Notes under the pieces: model-generated
Database searches by the model: none
The model's input: the letters and a program-made list of their open reading frames with translations, nothing else
What the model was told of the DNA's origin: nothing
Shown here: positions 10,591-20,945 of the stretch, piece after piece
Position numbering within the stretch: position 1 is the first letter of the stretch
How the letters are laid out: each line of letters begins with the position of its first letter
Translations under genes and position numbers: made by a program
Source: Octopus bimaculoides
Taxonomy: Eukaryota
Length of the DNA: 33,062 nt
Assembly: GCF_001194135.2 (NCBI RefSeq)
Contig: NC_068994.1
Coordinates: forward strand, 21,838,504 to 21,871,565
Direction of reading: 5' to 3'

Positions 10591-10740
10591 AAGGGCTTCT
10601 TTCAGCTTCCATCTACCGAATCCACTCACAAAGCTTTGGTTGGCCCAAGGCTATAGTAGAAGACACTTGCCCAAGGTGCCATGCAATTTGACGGAACCTG
10701 GAACTATGTGGTTGGGAAGCAAACTTCTTACCTGTGCCTG
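10331..10740 (-). mobile_element. tRNA-derived SINE (CORE-like + Nin-like domains) with internal (CA)/(TA) microsatellite
   Basis: Minus strand has a tRNA-like head and GGCACCTTGGGCAAGTGTCTTCTACTATAGCC, then a microsatellite, GATAGAATAAGTACCAGGC and an AAAAGAT tail. Homologous to 22037-22424. Confidence 0.85.
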
Positions 10741-10743
10741 TAT

Positions 10744-11976
10744 ATCATCATCATCGTTGTCGTTTAACGTCCGCTTTCTATGCGGTTTGACTGAGGACTG
10801 GTGAGCCAGAAGGTTGCACCAGGCTCCAATCTGATCTGGTAAAGTTTTGACAGCTGGATGCCCTTCTCAGTGCCAACCACTCCGAGAGTGTAGTGGGTGC
10901 TTTTACGTGCCACTGGTACGAGGGCCAGTCAGGCAGTATTGGCAATGACCACACTCAAAAGGTGTTTTTTACATGCTACCTGCATGGGAGCCAGTTTGGC
11001 AGCACTGGCAACGACCACGCTCAAATGTTGTTTTTCTCGTGCCACTGGCACATGTGCCAGTAAGGCGATGCTGGCAACAATCATGCTCGAATGGTGCGTT
11101 TTATGTGCCACCAGCACGGGAGCCAGTCAGCAGCCCTGGCAACGATCATACTCGGATGGTGCTGTTAATGTTCCACTGGCACAAGTGCCAATCAGACTGT
11201 ACTTTCATTGGCCATGTCAGTGATTTTGATTTCACTTGCCTCAACAACTCTTTGCAAGCAAAGTTTATTGTCCAATGAATGAACGGTACTCACAGGTGGG
11301 CTGGTTATACACCACTGGCATAGGCCACAGGTTATGGTCTCACTTGGCTTGTCGGGTCTTCTCAAGCACCGCATATCTCCAAAGGTCTTGGTCACTAGTC
11401 ATTGCTTCAGTGAGGCCCAATGTTCGAAGGACGTACTTCACCACCTCATCCAAGGTCTTCCTGTGTCTACCTCTCCCACAGGTTCCCTCAACTGCTAGAG
11501 TGTGACACTTTTTCACACAGCTGTCTGCATTCATTTGCAACACATGATCATACCAGCACAGTTGTCTCTCTTGCACACTACATCTGATGCTTTTAGTCCA
11601 ACTTTTTTCTCAAGATACTTACACTCTGTTGTGCATGCACACTGACATTACACATCCAGCGGGGCATACTGGCTTCAGTCCTTACAAGCTTATGCATATC
11701 CTCAGCAGTCACAGTCAATGTTTCACTGCCATGTAGCATGGCTGTTCGTACACATGCGTCATATAGTTTACTTTTTACTCTGAGCGAGAGGCCCTTTGTC
11801 ACCAGTAGAGGTCGGAACTCTCTGAACTTTGTCCAGGCTATTCTTATTCTAGCAGCTACACTTTCAGAGCATCCACCTCCACTACTGACTTGGTCCCCTA
11901 GGTAATGGAAGCTATCAACTACTTGTAGCGTTTCTCCCTGGAATGTGACAAGCTGTTTTCTGCACATTTTATACAA
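10744..11976 (-). mobile_element. 5'-truncated RTE-clade LINE (RT C-terminus, 3' UTR, (GAT)n tail)
   Basis: VDSFHYLGDQVSSGGGCSESVAARIRIAWTKFRE...LYDACVRTAMLHGSET...RWMC and RGRHRKT motifs; frameshifted. A GATGATGAT tail lies at 10744-10755. Confidence 0.9.
10896..11192. repeat. ~65-bp tandem repeat (~4.5 units) in the RTE 3' UTR
   Basis: Recurring GTGC..TTTT..GTGCCACTGGCAC...GCCAGT...CTGGCAACGACCA..CTC..AT units. Confidence 0.8.
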
Positions 11977-11989
11977 GTTGGCAGGAGTG

Positions 11990-12645
11990 TCAATTTGGTA
12001 GAACTTACATATTTTCCAATGAAAATACTGTCCTACCCTATTGGAGCAATTTTTATATTCGTTTGGTGTTAGTGAAACAAGATGGTCTATTATTTAATCA
12101 GATGTGTTATAGAATCTGCAGTTTGGGTCAGCAGTTTTTAAGAGTATTAGCCTGATGATTTCTGGTAAACAAGCTTTGATCTTTAGCTGCCAGTATGAAG
12201 TCTTCAACCTCTATTTTCAATTCTGAACTTCTCAGCCACTGATGGTTGGTTACATGGTCTACATCAGCATTTTGACTTTGAAGAATATATTGTCCATGTA
12301 AGGACTTCTGTTTCCATTGCTTCTCAAAAAGCCCATTCTTTTTAGCAGTCTGTTTGGTAGCAATGGCTTCAGGTTCTTCATCTGGTTACAGGTTAATGTC
12401 AAGTTTCCTTATGAAGTTACAAGCTTTTTGCTACTTTCATATTCATACACAAGCCACAACATCCAGTCCTCTGCTCCTTTCTATTGTGGAGATTTTATAG
12501 CAGCATTCTAGTTGCATCATCAGTCTGTTTTGATCTGCTGGAAACATTTGAAGCCTATGAAGACATGTATTTTTCCCAATTTGGTCACAGAAGAAATGGA
12601 ACATAGCCATATCATTATGATCTAAAAATAAAGGCTCAGTCAATG
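11990..12645 (-). mobile_element. R4/Dong-type non-LTR retrotransposon fragment (post-RT region towards CCHC)
   Basis: Manual translation gives WKQKSLHGQYILQSQNADVDHVTNHQWLRSSELKIEVEDFILAAKDQSLFTRNHQA. Upstream is ERSRGL (R..GGRGL-like) and downstream VGQYFHWKICK. Contains stops and frameshifts. Confidence 0.8.
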
Positions 12646-12880
12646 TTATGGAGTTACACTTCTTTTCTAAAATTTAAGGAGTTCAAGAGCCAGCAATCAG
12701 CACATAAAGTTACTGTAACTGTTTTTTTTATGACAAGAGCATCATTCTCCTAGATTTTCTGGAATGTGGTTCCACTGTGGACAGCAAGCAGTACACTGAG
12801 GAATTAAAAAAGCTTAATGTTAAGATCTAGCATTTATCCAGTCAGTCTGTTTTTGCTGACTAGTTCTAAAATACAGAGAT

Positions 12881-12995
12881 GTACACACACACACACACAC
12901 ACAAACAAATTTACTTATTGAGTTTGGGGCTAAAGTAGAAGACACTTGCCCAAGAGGTGTACTGGGATTCCAGCTGAAACCACATGGCTGCCTGC
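12881..12995 (-). mobile_element. Degenerate fragment of the same SINE family
   Basis: GGGGCTAAAGTAGAAGACACTTGCCCAAG next to a (CA)n tract. Confidence 0.6.
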
Positions 12996-13483
12996 ATCTA
13001 CACATATACAAAAATACTAATTGAAAAAATATAAATTTAAACAAAGTGCAGAAATAGTCATTCTCAATAATAGAATAGATACATAAAGACACAAGAACAG
13101 CCATTCTCATTTTTTGGCCACCTCCTTCTTGTGAACCAACTACCTTTTATCAATACCCAAATAAATTACATTGGATACCGCCTCTGTAAGTACACTAATA
13201 AAAACATAGCTGTTTCCATTTGATCCAATTACAACTTGTTTTGTCTTTTCTTTTCCAACTCTAAAAGTAATGTTGGATCAATTTAATATATAAGTCCTTT
13301 TAAACTTTACACACTGGCCATCAACTTTAACAGCCCCATTCTGAAGACTGCTATATGTGTTACTGAAAGCTCCAATCATTTGTTGATCCAGACATGTACA
13401 ACTGAAAAGGTCTGGCATATGAAAACCTGCAATGGCACATGCACATTTCAGTATCTTTACCTGCCAGAGACGGATGGGACAGA

Positions 13484-13555
13484 GTGTCTATTACAATTTT
13501 TTTTAAGGTTACTAGACTGTGGAAAGGTAACTCTGTATTCAGTGCCAGTTACAGG
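13484..13555 (-). pseudogene. Dead C2H2 finger remnant (finger-3 type) downstream of the ZF gene
   Basis: In-frame PVTGTEYRVTFPQSSNLKKNCNRH aligns without gaps to PYTCALCNLAFTQSSNLKKHVQTH. Both Cys and the first His are lost; QSSNLKK is retained. Confidence 0.65.
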
Positions 13556-13804
13556 TATGTGTGTGGCTAAGTTTTATTAAAAGGTTGGAATTTGAAATTC
13601 GCTGATAAAACTTATAACCACAGGAATGCTTTCCTGTGCAGTTGCAACTGGAATTCTCAATGTCTATATTCTTGCTTAATGATGCATGGCAATTTCTTTT
13701 TTTACTAATTATAGTTCACTTTGTTGAGTTTGTTAAGGACTCTGCAGTGTTCCTCCTACATATCTGTTGGGATTCCTTTTCAGCTATTGTTTTTAACCTT
13801 CAAG

Positions 13805-14037
13805 CAGTGGTTCTCAACTATTTTTTGCCTGTGGACACCTTTGATTCCTATTTTACTCTGTTGGACTTCCATGGCCATTTGAAGTTTTTAAAAAAAATCC
13901 CATATATTTTTAGAATTAAATATTATTATATATATAAAAAAAAATAATACATCCAGTGTATTGTAGAAGTATAACTGATTTATTGCAGATAATTTTTAAC
14001 AACAAAATCTTGTATGGACCCCAGTTGAGAACCACTA
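13805..14037. mobile_element. hAT-type MITE (233 bp)
   Basis: TIRs CAGTGGTTCTCAAC / GTTGAGAACCACTA. The flanking 8-mers CCTTCAAG and TCTGAAAG agree at 5/8, consistent with an eroded 8-bp TSD. Confidence 0.8.
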
Positions 14038-14196
14038 TCTGAAAGCAATCTTATTTTCTTAGATTCATAACACTACTCTGTTTTCATTGATTAGGTTAAC
14101 TATACCAAACCATGCATGTCAATTTGAAGCTTTCAATACAGTAATGAAAAAGTCACAAAGCAAAAAAGTTAAACAGTGGATTTTGTTTTGTTGAAG

Positions 14197-14202
14197 TTTA
14201 TT
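14197..14202 (-). terminator. Candidate polyadenylation signal (AATAAA) of the ZF gene
   Basis: First AATAAA on the minus strand after the stop, ~90 nt downstream. Others lie at 13979-13984 and 13573-13578. Confidence 0.35.
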
Positions 14203-14290
14203 TTCCATGAGAAGATTTTCGTTTTACACATGCCTTCTGGCATTTCACAGACTCACAAAAGATATTAACATAATTTCGAGCAGAAAATAT

Positions 14291-17200
14291 TCACTGAGGC
14301 AAACAAACACTATCAGTGATCTCTTCTTTTATTGATTTTTCACTTTCGTTGTTACCTTTTAAGCTTTGAAAAGGGTCCTGGGTTGAGAGATTTACATCAA
14401 GGAATTCGCTGTCTTGAAGGAGTGAAAGAGAATTTAGAGAATTTTCCTTCTTGATAGAAATCAAGTTAGAGTGATTTATTTCTTCAAGATTTTCGACTTG
14501 AATCAAAGAATCAGAAAGGTTTGTACAGCTTTCAGTTTGCTTTGATTTTTGTTCTTTCAAGTGCACTTTGATATGTTTTTTCAAGTTATTTGACTGAGTG
14601 AAACTAAGGTTGCATTTGTTACATTTGTAAGGACGCTCACCTGTGTGAATCCGTTTATGTTTTATGAGGTGGCTTGTCTGTGAAAAGGCTTTGGGGCAAA
14701 TATCACAACAAAATGGGCGTTCACCGGTATGTGTTCTCATGTGTATGCGTAAATCTGCTGAACGTATAAATGTTTTGTAGCATTCAGTACAAAGGTGAGG
14801 GCGTTCAGCTGTAGGCTTTACTTCATATCCAGTTAATATGCCTGGATTAGGGTTGGAATCTGGTTTAAAAGGATGTTTTATGCTTTGATGAGATTTGCTG
14901 TTGTCAATTTCCACATGTGTCTGTTGTTGATGGTTAGGACAATATTCAAGTTGTAATTCTTCAGTGGATTCATCTTTTGAGGTTTCAGGATTGGGAAAGC
15001 AGGGAAGCATCCGTCCAAGAAAAGATGACATTGAACTACTTACACCATCTAAAGGAATATCTGACTGGTTTTGGTCACTTCTAGCAGAAGGTGAGAGTGA
15101 ATTTTTTCTTAATGTTATGTCATCACTTTCTTCTTTCATGTTAATCTGCTGGATATTGAGACCATCCAATTTTATATCATTTTTAATTGTTGGATAAGAA
15201 CAAGCAGATGATGTAATTTCAGAGTTGTTTCCTGTAGTGGAGATGGAACTAAATGATACATTTTCAAACTCTAGGGATGTAAGATCAGGGATAATGGATG
15301 AAGGTAACTGATGCTTGAGCTGATTTTCAATAAGTTCAGTATTCTTGAAAGAATCATTTTCTTTCACAAATAATGTTTGGGATTGTTGGGTTGGCAGACT
15401 AGAATTTTCTGGGGAAGTGTACTGAATGTTATGAGATAGTTCCTGGTCATTTGTATAATTTATCTTTTGGGCAAGACCTTCATTGATTTGACCAGTTTTA
15501 TTATTATTATCAGTATTATTATTATTCTTATTATTACATAGAGTTGTAGATTTAAAGTGAGTTTGAACGTGTTTTTTCAGATTACTAGATTGTGTAAAAG
15601 CAAGGTTACACAAAGCACATGTATATGGACGTTCCCCAGTATGTACTCTCCGATGTTTTGTCAGGTGGCTTGTTTGAGCAAATGTTTTTGGACAAAGGTC
15701 ACATGAAAATGGTTTTTCTCCAGTATGAGTGCGTATATGCAAGCGAAGGTCTCCAGGACGAAGGAAGGCTTTGCCACAGCGTGAACAAATATAAGGTCTC
15801 CCCAATGACATTTTCCGATGACGGGCACCACTTTGTGACACATCCTTGAGAAAATTCCGCCCTTTGTTAACCAATGGTGAGCGTCCTTTGATTGTAGAAA
15901 CTAATTTGGGCTCCATTCTCTGGTTCCAGTTTTGAGTTAAATGATCTGAATGATGGGTGGCTGAAGAAGAATTGGAGTTTATAAATGATGTTGATGAAAC
16001 TCTTTGATATTTCTCTCTGCTAAGCTGTTTTTGGCACTGATGGTTGGAAAATTCATCTTCTTTAGAAAATTCCATTCTGCATAAACCACATCTAAAATTT
16101 TTCACAATCTTTGACTTATTTCCAAGTTGTTTCTGCTGTTGTTGTTGCTGTTGTCCAAGAACCATCCAGTGCAGTTGTTGATGGTCAGTAAAATCTGAAA
16201 ACTGAGCAAAGTAAGCAGGACACAGTTTACACTGGAGAAGCTCATTGTGAGTAAGAGCAACATGCGAGAGGAAATCAGTTAATCGAACAAACTGAATAGG
16301 ACACAGTTTACATGAATAAAACTGGTCTGAGGAAAATGAGGGTCGATTCCTGTGAATCTGAAAGTCAAAATCAGAAGTGGTGCTTACTTTAGATTCGCCT
16401 TCAGGTTCACATAAGTCAATGACATTGTTGGCAGATTTTACAGAGAGTGAGGTAGGATAATTGTTATTAGTCGATATAGCTGAATGTGGTTTCAAGGATG
16501 CTGAGTTGGAATTTATTTTATGAATTCTTACTTTTGTATTTTGATGGGTTTTGTTTACTTTCATTGATGTATTAACTGTTGACACTGAGAACTGACCTGG
16601 CATAGAAATTGGAGAAAGGCGCTTTGTTCGTAAGTGTTTCTTCATGTGAACTGAGAGAGCTATATTGGAGAAGAAATGACGCAGGCAATACTTACAACGA
16701 TGAAGGACTTTAGAGTTGATATTCGTAACAATGCTGTTATTGTTGGAAGTTGTATCATTTTGACTAATGCTCCCGTGTATCACATTTCTTGAGGTATTGC
16801 TTGCCTTGAAGTGTGTCCTTACATGTTTCTTTAAGTTGCTTGACTGAGTGAAAGCTAAACTACACATTGAACACTTGTATGGCCGCTCCCCTGTGTGTAT
16901 CCTTCGATGTTTAGTCAGGTGACTTGTCTGTGCAAATGCTTTGGGGCAAAGGTCACACTTAAATGGCCGTTCTCCAGTATGGGTACGCATATGCAGACGA
17001 AGATCAGCAGTGCGATAAAAGGCCTTAGAACAATGCTGGCAAATAACAGAGCGGTGTTTACTAGCTGTTGATGTACACTGACTTCTTTTTGTATCACCCT
17101 CTAGTCTTTGTATAGAATTACTAAAACTGGTTGATGTGTCATTCAATAATGTCACTTCTGTTTTGGCTGCTATTGTTGAAGCCATAATATAGTTCTTTTG

Positions 17201-17419
17201 TTGTATATTAAAAGATGGTTGGTTCATCTCTAATGAATGATTGTTGTTAATGGTCACATTCCCTAAAGTAGCTTCATTAAATCTGGTTTCCAATGCAGGG
17301 AACTCTGTAGAAATGGAAGCTTCATGTGAAGATTGGGGAGTGAATGATACAGGTTCCAATTTCAATTGGTCATCAGAAGGAATAAGATAAGAATGAGAGG
17401 ACTGAAGAGAAGTTGGCAT
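14291..17419 (-). CDS. C2H2 zinc-finger protein, ~1042 aa, with three 3-finger cassettes plus four isolated or atypical fingers
   Basis: Intact 3.1-kb ORF; the first in-frame ATG is 17419 (the track's 17443 start is TTG). Nine canonical fingers joined within each cassette by TGE(R/K)P linkers lie at 16811-17047, 15557-15793 and 14561-14797. Three lone C2H2 fingers and one CCHC-like finger are also present, with S/N/Q-rich spacers. No orthologue recognised. Confidence 0.95.
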   Translation of the reverse strand: MPTSLQSSHSYLIPSDDQLKLEPVSFTPQSSHEASISTEFPALETRFNEATLGNVTINNNHSLEMNQPSFNIQQKNYIMASTIAAKTEVTLLNDTSTSFSNSIQRLEGDTKRSQCTSTASKHRSVICQHCSKAFYRTADLRLHMRTHTGERPFKCDLCPKAFAQTSHLTKHRRIHTGERPYKCSMCSLAFTQSSNLKKHVRTHFKASNTSRNVIHGSISQNDTTSNNNSIVTNINSKVLHRCKYCLRHFFSNIALSVHMKKHLRTKRLSPISMPGQFSVSTVNTSMKVNKTHQNTKVRIHKINSNSASLKPHSAISTNNNYPTSLSVKSANNVIDLCEPEGESKVSTTSDFDFQIHRNRPSFSSDQFYSCKLCPIQFVRLTDFLSHVALTHNELLQCKLCPAYFAQFSDFTDHQQLHWMVLGQQQQQQQKQLGNKSKIVKNFRCGLCRMEFSKEDEFSNHQCQKQLSREKYQRVSSTSFINSNSSSATHHSDHLTQNWNQRMEPKLVSTIKGRSPLVNKGRNFLKDVSQSGARHRKMSLGRPYICSRCGKAFLRPGDLRLHIRTHTGEKPFSCDLCPKTFAQTSHLTKHRRVHTGERPYTCALCNLAFTQSSNLKKHVQTHFKSTTLCNNKNNNNTDNNNKTGQINEGLAQKINYTNDQELSHNIQYTSPENSSLPTQQSQTLFVKENDSFKNTELIENQLKHQLPSSIIPDLTSLEFENVSFSSISTTGNNSEITSSACSYPTIKNDIKLDGLNIQQINMKEESDDITLRKNSLSPSARSDQNQSDIPLDGVSSSMSSFLGRMLPCFPNPETSKDESTEELQLEYCPNHQQQTHVEIDNSKSHQSIKHPFKPDSNPNPGILTGYEVKPTAERPHLCTECYKTFIRSADLRIHMRTHTGERPFCCDICPKAFSQTSHLIKHKRIHTGERPYKCNKCNLSFTQSNNLKKHIKVHLKEQKSKQTESCTNLSDSLIQVENLEEINHSNLISIKKENSLNSLSLLQDSEFLDVNLSTQDPFQSLKGNNESEKSIKEEITDSVCLPQ

Positions 17420-17634
17420 TGTTATGCAAAGAGAATTCAGCAAGAAAATTTATATTTTCTTTCGTGTCAGTAGTATTTGTTATTTCTTGTCCATTTTTGG
17501 TGTGCTTTGTTGTTGCTGTTTTTTTAAAATAGATAAATTTTGAAAGTTTTTAAATAAAATTGTAGTAGGCTGTTATGTACTTGGTGGTTGATTATCATGT
17601 GAGGAACTGACGATAAGGGAGGTAACTGCTACAT

Positions 17635-17660
17635 CTAAACGAAAACAATAAAAAGGAAAA
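17635..17660 (-). other. Candidate splice acceptor ahead of the ZF coding exon
   Basis: Minus strand TTTTCCTTTTTATTGTTTTCGTTTAG is a strong polypyrimidine tract plus AG, 215 nt upstream of the ATG. Confidence 0.45.
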
Positions 17661-19106
17661 CGTCAGACTGGTCGGTTGAGCAAATTGGGAATTAAAAAAA
17701 AAATTTATACCAGTTACTTCAAAGAAGAGCAGTGTTCTTAACCTTTGCACCTGCCTCAACTCTGAACTGGAGGAGATGATTAGGTGGGAGAGTTTGATGT
17801 TCAGGAAGTGAACACTATAAAAAGTTGTTCTGGGATCCATGACTGAACAATTTCTCTGTGGTGTATTTGACAGTAAGACTGATAAGAGGAGAGGTAGGCG
17901 CATCAAATGAGTTTGGAGATACACAACAGGCAAGTTCAGAGAAGAGACCCAAAACTAGTTGTAGTGTAATTGGTAAGTGAAGATTTTCTTAAATGATAGA
18001 TGGTCTATTTTTGGACATAGTCCAGAGTGTGTGTACCTTTGTAGTGGATGTAATGATTCATAAATACAAGCAGAGAATACTTGTGCTCTGTAGAGAGCCA
18101 GCAACTATTAGATTGATGCATTGACTGACCCTAAAGAAGAAACCTAATCCTTGTGATAGAGGTTTGACTACGTCTGTCAAAGAATATGAGGCCTAGAATT
18201 TAAAAAATGTATGAAGGTTTTAGTTTTTAGAAAGTGTGTAATGCCAAATGTATTCTGTTATGTGCCTTGACTGCATTTTTGAGCTTTTAAATGAGACTAG
18301 ATTATCATTGTAGCATTCTTTCAAAGTCTTTTTGTAGGGATTATAAATGTGCTGGAAATTAGGTTGGAGTAAAGTATTGTATTCTATGCACAGGAGTAGA
18401 TATGATTAGAAATGCACCTGACATATCAAAATGAAGACAACATCAATATAAACATGAATACCAAGAATACAAATTTTGAATTCTTGATACTTTTACTCTT
18501 CTACGGCTGTTTTTAAACATTTATGGTTGGTTTTCATTATAAATATCACCTACCACTAGTAACACATTTTGAGAACCAGTGCTTAGCTTTGGTTTCCTGC
18601 TGTAATTTTGTCAGAAAGTTAAGGAAATGATGGTCACAAAGTTGAACTCACAGCCTATAAGTTTGTAGCATAATATCTTATTTTACCTGCTCATTTCTAC
18701 TTGAATGAAATAGTTTTCATTAGAGAAAATAAACTTTTCAGCTAAATGTACTCCTTACTGCTAATATGAAATAGGACTAAATATTTTGCATAAGTCCAGG
18801 AAATTGGGAGAAGCAGGGTTATGAATTTTGTTTACGAATACAATACTCTAGTAGTGTTTGATTCTATGACTATGTGGTTAGTGATGCAGTAAATTAGCAT
18901 CATAACCATTCTAATTCTTCAAAACTTATGATCCTAATGTGATCACTATAATCACTGGGTCGTTCCATTCAGTATTGTACATACATTTCTTGTTTAACTC
19001 TCTGACTAAAAATTAATTTCACTTTTACTTCAGGGTCGATAAATATTTTTTTGTCACAAGTGAGATAATGGGATCAAATATATTTATGCATAAACAATAG
19101 CTTTTC

Positions 19107-19213
19107 TCTAATATGAATGCAAATACCATCAAGATGAAGAAAGACTTTGCCACAGTGTGAACCATAAGATCTCCCTAAAGACATATCTGTCATGATGACT
19201 TAGCAAAATTTCT
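19107..19213 (-). pseudogene. Degenerate partial copy of cassette-2 finger 1 and its flank, upstream of the ZF CDS
   Basis: MSLGRSY-GSHCGKVFLHLDGICIHIR vs MSLGRPYICSRCGKAFLRPGDLRLHIR (15733-15811), about 58/78 nt identical by manual count. An RNFxK flank is also shared. First Cys lost. Confidence 0.75.
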
Positions 19214-19745
19214 TTCTTGTAGGCTCTAGCCACCTTTTTTTCTCTTGGATTGGAAATTTTTAGTCTTTAACCTGCTTTTTTATCAACTCTGGTGTACTCT
19301 GAGAGTTGTATTTGTGTCACCTAAGACTTCCTTATCTACATTAGCAATATACTTGCTGTTACTTCTAACTACACATTCATACAATACCACTCTTGAGGGA
19401 TCCTTAACTTCCTGCATGTGGGCAAAATTGACATGAAACCAAGATACTAATCCTAGATGGTCACAGTTACTTATAAGAATACATCCCACTGATCAGTAGC
19501 TCAACCTCTACAAAACTCAACTATATTAAAACACATATCACATATCTGGGGGAGTGCTGCAGCTATCTCTCAAATATGCAACATGTACTAGCCTACATAT
19601 ATTTTATTTCCTTTTTCTACTGCTTCTACATGTTACAAGGCTTCTGCTCAACTGAACTAGCAAGCTGTACACCAAATCCAAATTGTATGTAATGACTACA
19701 TCTCCATCTCTCATCATCCCTAACATATTAAAAATCTTGTTTTAA

Positions 19746-19930
19746 CCCTTTAGCATTTAAGCCAGCCATATCCAACTGAAATATTCTACCTGTTTTATGT
19801 TCAGATCCAATCTCATACATACTACCCTACCATGTCATTCTAAAAACAAACAATCAAACCATTCAAATCTTGAAGCTACAATGTGAATAATAAACATTAC
19901 ATCTGACAGAATAGTCTGAATGCTAAAGGG
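19746..19930. mobile_element. piggyBac-type MITE (185 bp)
   Basis: TTAA|CCCTTTAGCATT ... AATGCTAAAGGG|TTTTAA: 12-bp perfect TIR with CCC/GGG ends and a TTAA-type target. Confidence 0.8.
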
Positions 19931-20659
19931 TTTTAAACACTTTGTTTAGTTCTTCATCCCTAGAACAAGTGATCTAAAATGCTTTCTCTTCCTCCAGTTT
20001 CTCTACAAAACATGGAAATTCAAGCTGAACATCTATATTGACTTCATCAGTTTACAAAATGCATGTGCACTACTGCTTCTCCTTTGCCTATTAGAAAAAA
20101 AACAAAAAAAACAATAACAAACAAATAAAACTCGGATTTCATTTTGTGCAGCTATTTTTCCAATTTTTGTCTTAACCTCAAATACTGGTTTAGATTGAAT
20201 AACAAAGCAATTTTAAATAATAATCTTATCTTTTAAATTATTGTTGCAGTTTGTCCAACCAACAATTTTACCTTTGCGACTGCCTTATTAGTACCAACAC
20301 ATTATTTTCAGATTTTCTTTTTTCACTTAGGGCTGGATAACAGAGCAATTATCAATCAATTGTAGGATTGAAAGAAGAGAGAAAATTTCATGCCTGTCAA
20401 CTACTTGTCAGCCTCAGGAAATTGGATGAAGCAGATCTATGAACAAAACGTATTCCATTTGTGACCATTCAATTGTTTTCATTTTCACAGATAGTTTATC
20501 TAATATGACATCATCCAAAGTGTCATATATTTTTTTAACATGATAAGCTGCAATTTAAGGGAGATTCAGCTGTTGTTTTGATCAGGTAGAGTAACCATGC
20601 ATTTTGGCTTGTGAACTAGTGGTCACAGCGGTTGGTGACAGTCAAATGATATTCTTCTG

Positions 20660-20945
20660 GATGAGGTCAAGAATGTCTAAGTGTGTAGCATATTCCAATA
20701 TGGGTCTGAGTCAGTGAAGAATGTTGCCCTTATTAAACAATAATTAAAATACCTAACTGGTTGTAGAGATGGAGATAGCTAGGTAAATAAGTTTTGGCGG
20801 TGAAATGCAGATCTTGATGTTTTGTAAATGTACATGCATGCAACATGGATTCTTGAATTTTAGTTTGTGTACCAGTGTTACATGTGTACATGTTGAAATC
20901 AATATTTTGTATGGAATCTGACTGAGATTTAGATTCCTTACATCA
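20660..20945 (-). mobile_element. Ancient CR1/L2-group LINE fragment
   Basis: Minus strand gives DVRNL...LRPILEYAT, matching the V.DLG...RP.LEY.S region after the RT core. Heavily degenerate. Confidence 0.5.

Noticed and set aside
11277-11285. GAATGAACG matching the predicted zinc-finger site
   Set aside because: A degenerate 9-mer is expected several times by chance in 66 kb of both strands, and the prediction itself is approximate.
17420-17443. N-terminal extension from the ORF track start at 17443
   Set aside because: It is a TTG codon; the first in-frame ATG is 17419.
17595-17933. 112-aa minus ORF upstream of the ZF CDS as an extra coding exon
   Set aside because: No domain similarity, and it spans the candidate acceptor and a T-run; possibly an old LINE trace.
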